64,000 nucleotides of DNA. It comes from an uncultured bacterium. GTDB lineage: Bacteria > Zixibacteria > MSB-5A5 > GN15 > FEB-12. The notes under the pieces are model-generated. The model was not told the DNA's origin. It searched no databases and saw only the letters and a list, made by a program, of their open reading frames with translations. This document shows positions 1 to 9,930 of the stretch, piece after piece (within the stretch, counting starts at the first letter, position 1; each line of letters begins with the position of its first letter). The DNA lies in NCBI GenBank assembly GCA_965372795.1, contig CBDVDR010000004.1, positions 96,001-160,000 of the forward strand, given 5' to 3'. Both the position numbers and the translations under genes were made by a program.

Positions 1-285
1 ATAGATAAAATAACAGTTTTTTGTCGAGCAAGACGGACATCTAATCTGGGAAACATCAAACCATCAATATTTACGGGTGGTCTTGAAGATAACGGGACAA
101 CCTTTAATCTGTCAGATAATTATACTGATTATAGTTATAGCTGGATAACAAATCCAAGTTCAGGAACAGCCTGGACGTGGACAGATATAACAAACATGGA
201 AATCGGATTAGCCCTTAAAGGTAAAAACGGAAGCAACCCATCCTACTGTACTCAGCTTTGGGTTGAAGTGGAATATACTTATTAG
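1..285 (+). CDS. 3' part of a probably secreted beta-rich protein (5' truncated by window), upstream member of the pseudopilin operon
   Basis: Frame 1 is open from base 1 to TAG at 283-285 (...WITNPSSGTAWTWTDITNMEIGL...TQLWVEVEYTY*), 5 bp before the next start. Not in the ORF track. Confidence 0.7.
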   Translation: MDKITVFCRARRTSNLGNIKPSIFTGGLEDNGTTFNLSDNYTDYSYSWITNPSSGTAWTWTDITNMEIGLALKGKNGSNPSYCTQLWVEVEYTY

Positions 286-290
286 GTTAC

Positions 291-1448
291 ATGATGATTA
301 AAAACAATTCAACATATAATCAAAATGGATTTACTTTAATAGAAGTAGTCCTGGTGATAATAATTTCCGGTATTCTGCTAACAGTCGCTTTAAAGTCAGT
401 CGGTCAATTCGCAGAAACATCAAAAGTTGAAAACACAAAAACCGAACTCGAACAGATAGCCATCGCCGTACACGGTAATCCGGAACTTGAAAGCAGAGGT
501 ATCCGAACTGATTTTGGATACATCGGAGATGTCGGATCAATGCCTCCTGATCTTGATGCTCTGGTTTCAAACCCGGGAAGTTATTCAACCTGGAATGGTC
601 CTTATATCAATTCCCGTTTTATTCAATTGACTAATGATTATAAACAGGATGCCTGGGGTACAGATTATTCGTTTAGCGGAGTTGAACTAATTTCAACCGG
701 TTCCGGATCGGAGATTGTAAAAAAACTTTCTAATTCAACTTCGGATTTTATTTATAACAATGTCTCGGGTGTATTGCTCGATTTAAACGGCACCAGTCCG
801 GGTCCGGTATATAAAGATTCTGTATCGGTTCAACTAACTATTCCAGACGGTTCAGGAAGTTACATTACCAAAGCAACCATTCCTGATAATGGAGGATATT
901 TTTCATTTGATTCCATCCCGATTGGAACTCATGACATAAATTTAATTTATACCCCTGATAATGACACTCTAAAAAGATTCACAACGGTTTTGCCGGGTGC
1001 AAATTCATATGGGGAATATCTATTAGCGAATGATGTCTGGTATGATACAACAGCAGGTGGAATCATTCTTATACCTTCTTCCGATACTGTCTTTCAAAAT
1101 CCACAATGTAATAATTTTTCTTTCTGGATTATAAACAATACAATTGCTCCAATTACGATAAATTCACTTAAATTGGAATGGACTTCTCCCCCGACTGCTT
1201 ATTTTAAAGAAGTCTTGTGGAATTCTATTAAAGTAATCAATGAGCCTAATCCAAAAATCGCATCCGGCGATATTTTTCCCTTTATCGCTCCTCAAACATT
1301 GAATGCCGGTCAAAGAGCAAAGATTACAGCCAAAGCTTTTCGGAGTGCAGTAACTGGTGGATCCGCTGTCAATATGGAAAATATCTCAATAATTGTAACC
1401 CTCTCTGATGGTTCCACTTTTATAGTTCCTTTGGGGGCTTGTATATGA
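291..1448 (+). CDS. Prepilin-type N-terminal cleavage/methylation protein with GspG-like core and C-terminal Ig-like domains
   Basis: G|FTLIE motif plus hydrophobic helix; GspG-like LDALV..P...WNGPY...DAWG.DY segment; beta-rich C-terminus. Confidence 0.85.
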   Translation: MMIKNNSTYNQNGFTLIEVVLVIIISGILLTVALKSVGQFAETSKVENTKTELEQIAIAVHGNPELESRGIRTDFGYIGDVGSMPPDLDALVSNPGSYSTWNGPYINSRFIQLTNDYKQDAWGTDYSFSGVELISTGSGSEIVKKLSNSTSDFIYNNVSGVLLDLNGTSPGPVYKDSVSVQLTIPDGSGSYITKATIPDNGGYFSFDSIPIGTHDINLIYTPDNDTLKRFTTVLPGANSYGEYLLANDVWYDTTAGGIILIPSSDTVFQNPQCNNFSFWIINNTIAPITINSLKLEWTSPPTAYFKEVLWNSIKVINEPNPKIASGDIFPFIAPQTLNAGQRAKITAKAFRSAVTGGSAVNMENISIIVTLSDGSTFIVPLGACI

Positions 1449-2182
1449 AAAAGTTAAACTATAATTCTCAACAGGGTTTTACACTGATTGAATTGGTACT
1501 GGTAATAGTCATGATTGGTATTCTATCATCCGTTGCTGTAAGAAAGATGAGTTCAACAGTTGAGGATGCCCGTTTCGAGCACACCAAAGCTGAGCTTGAT
1601 CAACTAGCGTATTCTATCGTAGGTAATCCTCAGGCTTATTCTGATGGTGCGAGGGTTGACTATGGATATGTTGGAGACATTGGCGCCTTGCCGCTTAACC
1701 TTGATGCTCTGGCTTCTAATCCGGGTGGCTACTCATCCTGGGCAGGACCCTATATAGATAATTCTAATGGAAATGAATTTAAAAAAGATGCCTGGCAAGT
1801 TGATTATGTTTACTCAGGAACCAATATTCGTTCGGTAGGGTCGGGCAGTAATATCGATAAAGTTATTATTTCTAATTCTACTTTTCTATTGAATAACAGT
1901 GTCACGGGCTACGTAGTAGATGCCAACCAGCAACCGCCGGGTATATCATTTGCCGATTCAGTCGTTGTACAATTAACTCATCCCGATGGATCAGGTTCTA
2001 CAACAACACAATCAATGACACTCTCATCATCGGGGAATTTTAGTTTTAATAATATTCCTATTGGAAATCATCTGCTTGAGGTTATTCACCTTCCTGCAAC
2101 CGATACCCTATCTTATCAGATTTCGGTGAATCCGAATTCAATTGTCAAACTTGATATAGTTTTTCCTGCAGATATATTTTAA
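1445..2182 (+). CDS. Prepilin-type protein, paralog of 291..1448
   Basis: G|FTLIEL motif; shares DYGY.GD.G..P..LDAL.SNPG.YS.W.GPYI with the upstream gene; ATG at 1445 overlaps the upstream TGA (ATGA). Confidence 0.85.
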   Translation: MKKLNYNSQQGFTLIELVLVIVMIGILSSVAVRKMSSTVEDARFEHTKAELDQLAYSIVGNPQAYSDGARVDYGYVGDIGALPLNLDALASNPGGYSSWAGPYIDNSNGNEFKKDAWQVDYVYSGTNIRSVGSGSNIDKVIISNSTFLLNNSVTGYVVDANQQPPGISFADSVVVQLTHPDGSGSTTTQSMTLSSSGNFSFNNIPIGNHLLEVIHLPATDTLSYQISVNPNSIVKLDIVFPADIF

Positions 2183-2209
2183 AAAAGGGTTAGATGACTA
2201 ACCCTTTTA
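2181..2209. terminator. Bidirectional intrinsic terminator
   Basis: GGTTAG/CTAACC stem with 4-nt loop, flanked by A and T tracts, between convergent genes. Confidence 0.75.
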
Positions 2210-2212
2210 GAT

Positions 2213-3355
2213 TTAACTCTCTTTAATAACCAGATTGATGCCCCGTTTTTTTAGTTCGGGAATAAACAGTGCCGAATTAACGGCTAATTCCTGTGGGATA
2301 CAGCCTCGTTCGGTGATTTTATTTCCTGCTGCCATAGAGGCAATAATCGTAGCCGGGAAGGCAGTTGTACGCATCATCGCGGTTAGAGCTTCTTTGTTTT
2401 TCTGGCGGTCAATAATTTCATAAGTAACGGTCTTATCTTTGCCGTCCTTTTTACCTTGCAGAGTAACGCGGACCAAAGTCATATCGAGATCATCAAGAGT
2501 TAGATTTTTAATTAAAACCGCTTTGAGAAGCGAGCGAGGTTCAACCATTTGATTATCAACCTCAATTTTCTGGCGGGAAGCTAATCCAATATCGAGCATC
2601 GGTTTGAATAACTGACAATGTCCGGGGTATCTGATTGTTTTATAATCGAGAAAATCGATTTTACCGCTAAAAGTATTTGGCAGGGTTGATGTGCCACCGG
2701 ATGTGTAAAATGCTTCCAGTTTGCCAATACCGTCAAATTCCAATTCCTCAATTTCAGTCATTGGATTAACCATGGTTTGTTTGCCATCTTTTAAAATTAC
2801 ACATGGTTCCCAATATTCATTAATCAAACCTTCAGCTGAAAAAACCATCATATAATTCAGGGGTGGGCGAGGTGATTGGGGAAGTCCACCGACTCTTATT
2901 TTCAACGATGCAACTTCATCAAATTTTTTGTACCCATCCATTGCTAAAATAGAAACCATACCCGGTGCCAAACCGCAATCAGGTACAATAAGAACCCCTG
3001 CTTCTTTTGCAGCATCATTCATCTCAAGCTGTATATTGACAACTTCATTATTCCCGCCTAAATCAACCATATGACAATGTTGTTCTATGGCAATCTTAGT
3101 TAATTCGGAATTATATTTATAGGTAACACAGGAAACAACCGCATCATATTCATTCATGACAATTTTTACTGCCTCAAGGTCACCGGCATCAAGCATCCCA
3201 GCCTTGCCCTTCCCTGATCCGAATTTTTCTGCAACAGATTTGGCAAGGATTTCATTTATATCAAAGACACCAACCTGAGTAACGTCATCATTTGATGCTA
3301 AATCAGCTACTGCTGCTTGACCCATCAAGCCCGCACCTATTACCGCAATTTTCAT
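2213..3355 (-). CDS. Saccharopine dehydrogenase / lysine 6-dehydrogenase family protein
   Basis: GAGLMG Rossmann motif; DLGG, DCGLAPG, GLINEY, YKTIRYPGH, TAMMRTTAFP. Confidence 0.85.
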   Translation of the reverse strand: MKIAVIGAGLMGQAAVADLASNDDVTQVGVFDINEILAKSVAEKFGSGKGKAGMLDAGDLEAVKIVMNEYDAVVSCVTYKYNSELTKIAIEQHCHMVDLGGNNEVVNIQLEMNDAAKEAGVLIVPDCGLAPGMVSILAMDGYKKFDEVASLKIRVGGLPQSPRPPLNYMMVFSAEGLINEYWEPCVILKDGKQTMVNPMTEIEELEFDGIGKLEAFYTSGGTSTLPNTFSGKIDFLDYKTIRYPGHCQLFKPMLDIGLASRQKIEVDNQMVEPRSLLKAVLIKNLTLDDLDMTLVRVTLQGKKDGKDKTVTYEIIDRQKNKEALTAMMRTTAFPATIIASMAAGNKITERGCIPQELAVNSALFIPELKKRGINLVIKES

Positions 3356-3437
3356 ATTTTCTCCAAATCTAATTTACATTTAATTTTGAGAATATCGTCT
3401 GGAATAGTGGATTAAACAAGCAAAATTCTTGATTGAA

Positions 3438-5603
3438 CTAAATTAGTTGATTGGATTTCCTGATCAACCATTCTAATGATAAAGAGGCAATAATTATGAT
3501 AAGCAGCCAGAGTTTATTCCAAATAATAATCTCTCCCCGTTTCACAATTTTTTGGGCAGAAACATCAATCATATCCAAAGCATCATCAATTTCCTTAAAA
3601 TTGAAATAATCTCCTCCGGATAAGCGGGCAATAGCCGTTAACGTTGCTGGATCGGATCTTTGATCAAATTGCTCTAAAGAAAATGACTCTATCAAAATTT
3701 TACCTTCGGTTTCTTTTAGATATTCGCCATTTTTTTCAAAATAACCGTTAAACTTATATTCACCGGGTGCAAGATTATCAAATTCAGCTTTATACCGACC
3801 TTCTCCAATAGAAATCAAATCAATTTCCCGTTCGAGATCTCCGTTTACAGGAACCAATTTCACCGCCCCCAAGACTCCGGGAATTTCTCGAAACCCGAGA
3901 TCGTAAGCAAAACCGTTAAATCTGACTGTCTCACCCCTATTATAAATTTGTTTTTCAGGAGTTATTCGTATCGGATCGAAATCATCTTTAACCGTCAGCC
4001 ATGAAGAAGTACCTTCCAGAAAAGTTCTAAAATTGCTGCCATCCCCGCCAAATCCAAGATCAACAAACCCCCAGGTCCAAATCGGAAGGGCGGCACTGAC
4101 AAAAACTTTTCCCGGTCCGATTCGTCGATACCCGAATATCGGTGAACGATTATCAGAGCTGTTATCTGAATAAGCTAAGATTACTGCTTGTGGATTGGTT
4201 TCATCACAATCAACGAACGATTGAAACGGCGGCAAATCTGCCCAGTTATTTCTGATTGCAACCTGGTCATCACCCAAGCGGACCGAAGGATGAAACAATT
4301 GGCCTTCTGCGGGGATTGCCTGGAACTCTCGATACCGATATTGACCTCTTTTAGTTGGGTAAAAAGGTAAGATATCGGTCAGCCAATCGGGTGTATTTTG
4401 TTGAGAGAATTTTTCTCCCATCATCAACCAGAGTGCCCCGCCTTTATCAGCAAGATAAGATTTTAGAACAGTTCTAAGTTTACTTAGTTCTGGTGAGGGC
4501 ATGTCTTGAAGAATTACAAGGTCGTACCTATTTAATTCAGTCTGTTTGGTTGGAATTCGAGATGTCAGATTTCCAGCTGATGGAGCAGTCACTATTAATT
4601 CAGCGTCATATTTGTTAGTCTGATCAAAAAATCTTTTTAGAAACCCGGTTTCATAATCTGGGGCTGAGGTGATTAGTAAAACTTTCATTTTACTTTTTAA
4701 AACTTTAAGCGATATAGATTGGCTGTTATTCCCCGGATTTTCCTCTTTTTCATCAAACAAAATTTTGACATTCAAAATTTTCTGACCGGGAGATTTCGGA
4801 ATATAATTCAGAGTTATTTCACCCAGCCCGCTCTCCTGATCAATTTTAAAATTGTAATTGTCTACTACTTTACCGGAATCGACCAGTTCAACTTTTAATG
4901 TTTTTCCGTCCGCATCCTGCCAGTTGATATGAACTTTAATTTCAGATTTTTCACCGGTAAAAATAACCGGATTAAATTCTACTTCGGAAATTCCAATATC
5001 ATAATAACCAACATCATCGGCTACATTTACCGCAATTACAGGTGTTTGAACCGTTCTTGCAATATCCTTAGGGTCTTTTCCGGAATTTGAGTTTCCATCA
5101 GAAAACAATAGCCAGTAATCATCGGGGTTGGTCAATTGTTCGGTTTGCAAAGATGACAACAGGTCGCCGATTGCTGTTTGGGAAGGAATTACCTCGTTTG
5201 ATTTTTCCGAGACATTTCCACCGAAGTATTTGACCCTAAAATCAACTTCACTTTGAATAGACTCGTAGCGAGGAAGTGACAGCAAAGAATCCAGCCTTGC
5301 CTTGCGGCTTTTTCCCTGCTCAATTTTATTCATGCTCGAAGAATAGTCTAACAGAACTGTTACTTTTTTGGATCGTTCTATATTTTTGGTGTAACTTATA
5401 ACCGGTTCAAGCAGGGCTGTAAATAAAGCCAAAACCGCTAATATTCTTAATCCCCCAAGAATTATTTTTAAGTATAGAGGCAGGGGCGGATTAGTTTTGC
5501 GATACAGATAAATCGATAACCCAATAAATGCAATCAGGAAAATCCAGACAATTGCCTGCGAGCCTGTAAGAAAATGGATTTGGAATTCATCAAAGTTAAA
5601 CAT
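3438..5603 (-). CDS. Membrane-anchored vWA + Ig-like + glutamine-amidotransferase-like domain protein
   Basis: Two N-terminal TM helices; MIDAS-like LLDYSSSM and FSDG; C-terminal TM ending LEWLIRK. Confidence 0.7.
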   Translation of the reverse strand: MFNFDEFQIHFLTGSQAIVWIFLIAFIGLSIYLYRKTNPPLPLYLKIILGGLRILAVLALFTALLEPVISYTKNIERSKKVTVLLDYSSSMNKIEQGKSRKARLDSLLSLPRYESIQSEVDFRVKYFGGNVSEKSNEVIPSQTAIGDLLSSLQTEQLTNPDDYWLLFSDGNSNSGKDPKDIARTVQTPVIAVNVADDVGYYDIGISEVEFNPVIFTGEKSEIKVHINWQDADGKTLKVELVDSGKVVDNYNFKIDQESGLGEITLNYIPKSPGQKILNVKILFDEKEENPGNNSQSISLKVLKSKMKVLLITSAPDYETGFLKRFFDQTNKYDAELIVTAPSAGNLTSRIPTKQTELNRYDLVILQDMPSPELSKLRTVLKSYLADKGGALWLMMGEKFSQQNTPDWLTDILPFYPTKRGQYRYREFQAIPAEGQLFHPSVRLGDDQVAIRNNWADLPPFQSFVDCDETNPQAVILAYSDNSSDNRSPIFGYRRIGPGKVFVSAALPIWTWGFVDLGFGGDGSNFRTFLEGTSSWLTVKDDFDPIRITPEKQIYNRGETVRFNGFAYDLGFREIPGVLGAVKLVPVNGDLEREIDLISIGEGRYKAEFDNLAPGEYKFNGYFEKNGEYLKETEGKILIESFSLEQFDQRSDPATLTAIARLSGGDYFNFKEIDDALDMIDVSAQKIVKRGEIIIWNKLWLLIIIIASLSLEWLIRKSNQLI

Positions 5604-5659
5604 TAACTGTTATACTAATAAATCTATATGAAGTTGACAAGAAGATAGCGTGAATCTAA

Positions 5660-6646
5660 TCACGAAACCCGGGTAGTTGTAAATTCTACCATATCGGCAA
5701 GAGACTTATAATAAATCGAATTTTCTACTCGGGAGATAGATTCCAAGCCTTTTTGACCAAGCTCGCTAGCTTTTTTATAGGCATAATCAATCCCGCCGGA
5801 TTCTTTCACATAATCATATACCTTTTCAAAATATTCCTGATTATGTTCTTTATCATTAAGCATTTTAATAATCTCTTTGCGGGAAGCTTTGCCGGTTCTT
5901 CTTAAAGAGTAAATTAACGGAAGCGTGACTTTCCCGGTAAGAACATCATTCCCCGGTTCTTTACCGGTCTGTTCAACATTTCCGACAAAATCAAGCAGAT
6001 CATCGGCAATTTGAAAAGCTGTGCCGACATTTTCACCAAAACGGGCAAATCGGTTTCTTTCGGCATTTCCAAGGTTTGCCAAAATCGGTCCGGTTTCACA
6101 GGATACAGTGAATAGCGAGGCTGTTTTATCTGAAATAATTGTCAGATATTCTTCTTCTGAAAGATCATAATTGCTGGTTTCTTCAATCTGGCGCAGTTCC
6201 CCGACCGAAACTCTTTCGGTAGCATGCGAAATCGACTTGATAAGTTCTATAGAATTCGGCTCGACCATGATGCGAAAAGCTTTGGCAAAAAGATAATCGC
6301 CCATCAACACCGAAATCAGGTTTGTCCACTGTGCGTTGATTGTTTCCTGACCACGTCGCATATCCGATTCATCAACCACATCATCATGTAAAAGGGTCGC
6401 AGTATGGATCAATTCTATGGCTAATGAGGCTTCAATAGAATGTTCATCAAACTGACCCAATGCTCTTGAGGTTAAAAACAGAAATACGGGACGCATTCGT
6501 TTGCCGCGGGATTTCATCAGATGGCGGGCAATTGATGTAATTAGCGGAGAGTCACCTTTTAAATAATCGGCTAAAAGGGAATGGAATTCGGTAAGATCAT
6601 CTTTGATCGGCTCGGTGTATTCAGCCATTTTTTCTTTATCAAGCAT
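5660..6646 (-). CDS. ispB: Polyprenyl diphosphate synthase (IspB/HepT-like)
   Basis: GKRMRP, HDDVVD..RRG, KTA, FQIADDLLD motifs; start probably MLDKEK at 6646. Confidence 0.88.
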   Translation of the reverse strand: MLDKEKMAEYTEPIKDDLTEFHSLLADYLKGDSPLITSIARHLMKSRGKRMRPVFLFLTSRALGQFDEHSIEASLAIELIHTATLLHDDVVDESDMRRGQETINAQWTNLISVLMGDYLFAKAFRIMVEPNSIELIKSISHATERVSVGELRQIEETSNYDLSEEEYLTIISDKTASLFTVSCETGPILANLGNAERNRFARFGENVGTAFQIADDLLDFVGNVEQTGKEPGNDVLTGKVTLPLIYSLRRTGKASRKEIIKMLNDKEHNQEYFEKVYDYVKESGGIDYAYKKASELGQKGLESISRVENSIYYKSLADMVEFTTTRVS

Positions 6647-6748
6647 AATAAAGCAATTCTCTCTCCAATAATTTATTTCAGAGCAACAAAATAGGGGTCT
6701 CGCCATTGCTTGTCAATTGGATTTTCAACAGAGTTATTGTTGTAAATT

Positions 6749-7531
6749 TTAAGGCATGTATAATTCTATATAATTCACAAATAGATGTAAAATAGCTGGA
6801 GCGGCAATGTTTTTAGTGCGCCACATGACAAAGCCCAAGATTAAACTAATCGGGATTAAATTTATAGAATTTAAAATCGCATCGTCAAGACCATGCCCTT
6901 GCCAGAAATACCTGATTGGTATATGCATTACAGCCATTAATATCGAAGTAATAATCCAGCCCTGCCAGTTCCCGAGCCAGGCCATGAAACGGGTTTGAAG
7001 ATAACCCCGAGTCATAAACTCTTCGGCAAAACCAACCACAGCAAAATGCCAGAAACCCCAAAAATGATTCGGTTGAAAACCGGTTTCAGGATATTTTATG
7101 TCAGGATTTGTTATGATTTCAATTAAACATAATCCAAGACCGAGTGAAATTGCTCCGTATAGATTTTGTTTTGAAATACCGATCGTTGCCCAGGATTCAT
7201 TTCTCAGCCTGAGGGCGATTATAATCGGAAGCATAATTATTCCAGACAGCAAAACCTGACTAATCACACCTTCGAAACTGAAAGAATCATTTGAACTCAT
7301 TTCCTGTAACTGTTCAGGAGATTTATCATAGGCAATCGCTATTATGAGCAGTAACATCATAATATTGCTGATGACAATAGCAAATAAGGCGGTTATACCG
7401 GATTGCTTTGGTTGTTCAAATTTAAAATCGGTTTTATCGGGTAAAAAATATTTTTCGAATGAATAGAACAGGGTTAAGGCGAGTGCAAATTGAATCGCAT
7501 AGCGGATGATCACAGCTGCTTCGATATTCAT
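6749..7531 (-). CDS. CPBP family intramembrane metalloprotease
   Basis: Multi-TM; EEFMTRGY, MH and LHLFVN motifs. Confidence 0.85.
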   Translation of the reverse strand: MNIEAAVIIRYAIQFALALTLFYSFEKYFLPDKTDFKFEQPKQSGITALFAIVISNIMMLLLIIAIAYDKSPEQLQEMSSNDSFSFEGVISQVLLSGIIMLPIIIALRLRNESWATIGISKQNLYGAISLGLGLCLIEIITNPDIKYPETGFQPNHFWGFWHFAVVGFAEEFMTRGYLQTRFMAWLGNWQGWIITSILMAVMHIPIRYFWQGHGLDDAILNSINLIPISLILGFVMWRTKNIAAPAILHLFVNYIELYMP

Positions 7532-7551
7532 AGAATATCAATTTTCTCCAA

Positions 7552-8367
7552 CTAATTTATTATATCTAAAATTGCCTGCTGATAAGAAGGATCATCAAGA
7601 TAACCCCGGTCATTATGACCACCCTCAAGAATAAAAAACTTTTTCGGCTCGTTTGCTTTTTCATAGAGCTGCTCTGACATTGAAAACGGAATCATCTCAT
7701 CAGTCTTAGAATGAGTGATCAACACAGGACAGTTGACTTTGTCAATTTTATCGATTGAATTCAATTTATAACGCATCAAAAGTCCGATCGGTATCATCGG
7801 AAACATGATTTTCCCCATATCAACGGCTGATGTAAACGATGATTCAACAATCAACCCCTTGCAATCAACATTCATAGCCAGATCTATCGCCGGGACTCCG
7901 CCTAAGGAACGTCCAAAAATTATAATATTTTTTTTATCAATTGATTTTTCATTTACCAGCCAGTCAAAACCTGCTCTTGCATCCTCATAAATATTTTGCT
8001 CCGATGGTTTTCCATCAGATTCCCCATAACCCCGATACCCTAACAACAAAATATTTATATTCCGCTTAACAAAAAACTCAGCCGTCAGTAACCGGTGAGA
8101 GATATTGCCGCCATTACCCTGACAGAACAAAACAGTTTTGGTTGAATCAGATTGATTCTGAGCCGGCAGATACCAACAAATTATTTTTTCTGTTTTACTA
8201 ACTAAAATATTTATTTCTTCATAAGCCAAATTTAATTGGTCAGGAGTTACGGAAATATTTTTTGAAGGGACAAAAACCATTTTATGCTGATTCAGATAAA
8301 CATATAAACTAAAGACCAAAAATGTTCCACCGAGGATCGTAACTGTCCAAATAAGAAATTTAATCAT
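7552..8367 (-). CDS. Alpha/beta hydrolase (ABHD13/Bem46-like)
   Basis: N-terminal TM; GNGGN, YRGYG, GRSLGG nucleophile elbow, D and GGHND. Confidence 0.85.
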   Translation of the reverse strand: MIKFLIWTVTILGGTFLVFSLYVYLNQHKMVFVPSKNISVTPDQLNLAYEEINILVSKTEKIICWYLPAQNQSDSTKTVLFCQGNGGNISHRLLTAEFFVKRNINILLLGYRGYGESDGKPSEQNIYEDARAGFDWLVNEKSIDKKNIIIFGRSLGGVPAIDLAMNVDCKGLIVESSFTSAVDMGKIMFPMIPIGLLMRYKLNSIDKIDKVNCPVLITHSKTDEMIPFSMSEQLYEKANEPKKFFILEGGHNDRGYLDDPSYQQAILDIIN

Positions 8368-8387
8368 TACAATTTTTTGTGACTAAG

Positions 8388-9929
8388 TCACTCCCATTCA
8401 ATAGTTGCCGGGGGTTTCGATGATATGTCGTAGGTCACGCGGTTCACCTGTTTTACCTCGCGGATAATCCGGTTTGAAATAAAAGCCAGTATCTCATGAT
8501 CAATCCTTGACCAATCGGCAGTCATGCCGTCAACTGAAGTAACCGCCCGCAATGCGACAACATTTTCATAGGTGCGTTCATCACCCATCACTCCAACTGA
8601 TTTAATCGGCAGTAACACCGCAAAAGCCTGCCAGATATCATCGTATATTTTATGATTATACAGTTCATCTATAAAAATAGCATCAACTTCCTGTAATATT
8701 TTAGTGCGTTCTCTGGTAATGTCGCCCAGAATTCTAACGGCAAGACCCGGTCCGGGGAACGGATGGCGACCGATAAAATTATCAGACAGTCCAAGCTTTT
8801 TACCAATCTCGCGCACTTCATCTTTAAAAAGCTCTCTTAGCGGTTCGACTAATTTCAATTTCATTTTGTCTTTTAAGCCGCCGACATTATGATGCGATTT
8901 AATTGTAACCGAGGGACCTTTAAAAGAAACCGATTCGATCACATCTGGATACAGAGTACCCTGTCCAAGAAAATCCACTCCTCCAATTTTTTCAGCTTCT
9001 TCTTCAAAAACATCAATAAAGGTTGTGCCGATAATCTTTCTTTTCTTTTCAGGATCAGAAACACCCTCAAGCCGATCAAGAAACAGATCAGAGGCATCAA
9101 CAGGATGTAGATTGATATTTAAAGTTCCCAGCATCTCGCAAACGGTTTCAAATTCATTTTTTCTTAATAAACCGTTGTCGACAAAGACACCATGAAGGTT
9201 TTCTCCAATGGCTTTGGAAAGAAGCATCGCCGCCACAGTTGAATCGACCCCGCCGGAAATGCCTAAGACAATTTTTCCATTACCGACCTGTTTACGGACA
9301 GACTCGATAGTGCTGTCGATGAAGGCTTCCGATGTCCAGTCAGCTTTCATTTTACAAATATCAAAGAGAAAATTGCTGATCACATTTTTCCCTTCGACCG
9401 AATGATGAACCTCGGGGTGAAATTGCAAGCCGTAAATCTTTTTCTTTTCGTTTGAAATAGCTGCGATTTCAAGGGAGTCGGTTGAACCGATGGTACTGAA
9501 GTTTTCGGGAAGTTTTATGATTGAATCAGCATGTGACATCCAGACCTGACTCTTGGCCGGTACAGAATCCATAATTGCTGATGAGTTTGATGGTGTTAAA
9601 ATCGCCCGACCATATTCTCTGGTTTGGGACTGTACCATCTCTCCGCCATAGTTCAGTACAATCAAAGACATCCCATAGCAAATACCTAAAATCGGTTTAT
9701 CTGTTTCATAAAATGATGGATCCAAACGGGGGGTTCCTTCATTGAGTGTCGATGCCGGTCCGCCGGAGAGAATATATCCTTTGATATTTTTATCATTATA
9801 AATGGAAAGATCAGAATTATAAGGAACTATTTCACAGTAAACTTGAGTTTCACGAATTCTTCGCGCAATTAGTTGTGTATATTGAGAACCAAAATCAAGT
9901 ATCAGAATCATCTCATGCTGAACGGACAT
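8388..9929 (-). CDS. guaA: GMP synthase (glutamine-hydrolysing)
   Basis: LDFGSQYTQLIARR, QFHPEV, SGGVDS, KSHHNVGG, KPPATIEWE. Confidence 0.98.
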   Translation of the reverse strand: MSVQHEMILILDFGSQYTQLIARRIRETQVYCEIVPYNSDLSIYNDKNIKGYILSGGPASTLNEGTPRLDPSFYETDKPILGICYGMSLIVLNYGGEMVQSQTREYGRAILTPSNSSAIMDSVPAKSQVWMSHADSIIKLPENFSTIGSTDSLEIAAISNEKKKIYGLQFHPEVHHSVEGKNVISNFLFDICKMKADWTSEAFIDSTIESVRKQVGNGKIVLGISGGVDSTVAAMLLSKAIGENLHGVFVDNGLLRKNEFETVCEMLGTLNINLHPVDASDLFLDRLEGVSDPEKKRKIIGTTFIDVFEEEAEKIGGVDFLGQGTLYPDVIESVSFKGPSVTIKSHHNVGGLKDKMKLKLVEPLRELFKDEVREIGKKLGLSDNFIGRHPFPGPGLAVRILGDITRERTKILQEVDAIFIDELYNHKIYDDIWQAFAVLLPIKSVGVMGDERTYENVVALRAVTSVDGMTADWSRIDHEILAFISNRIIREVKQVNRVTYDISSKPPATIEWE

Positions 9930-9930
9930 T

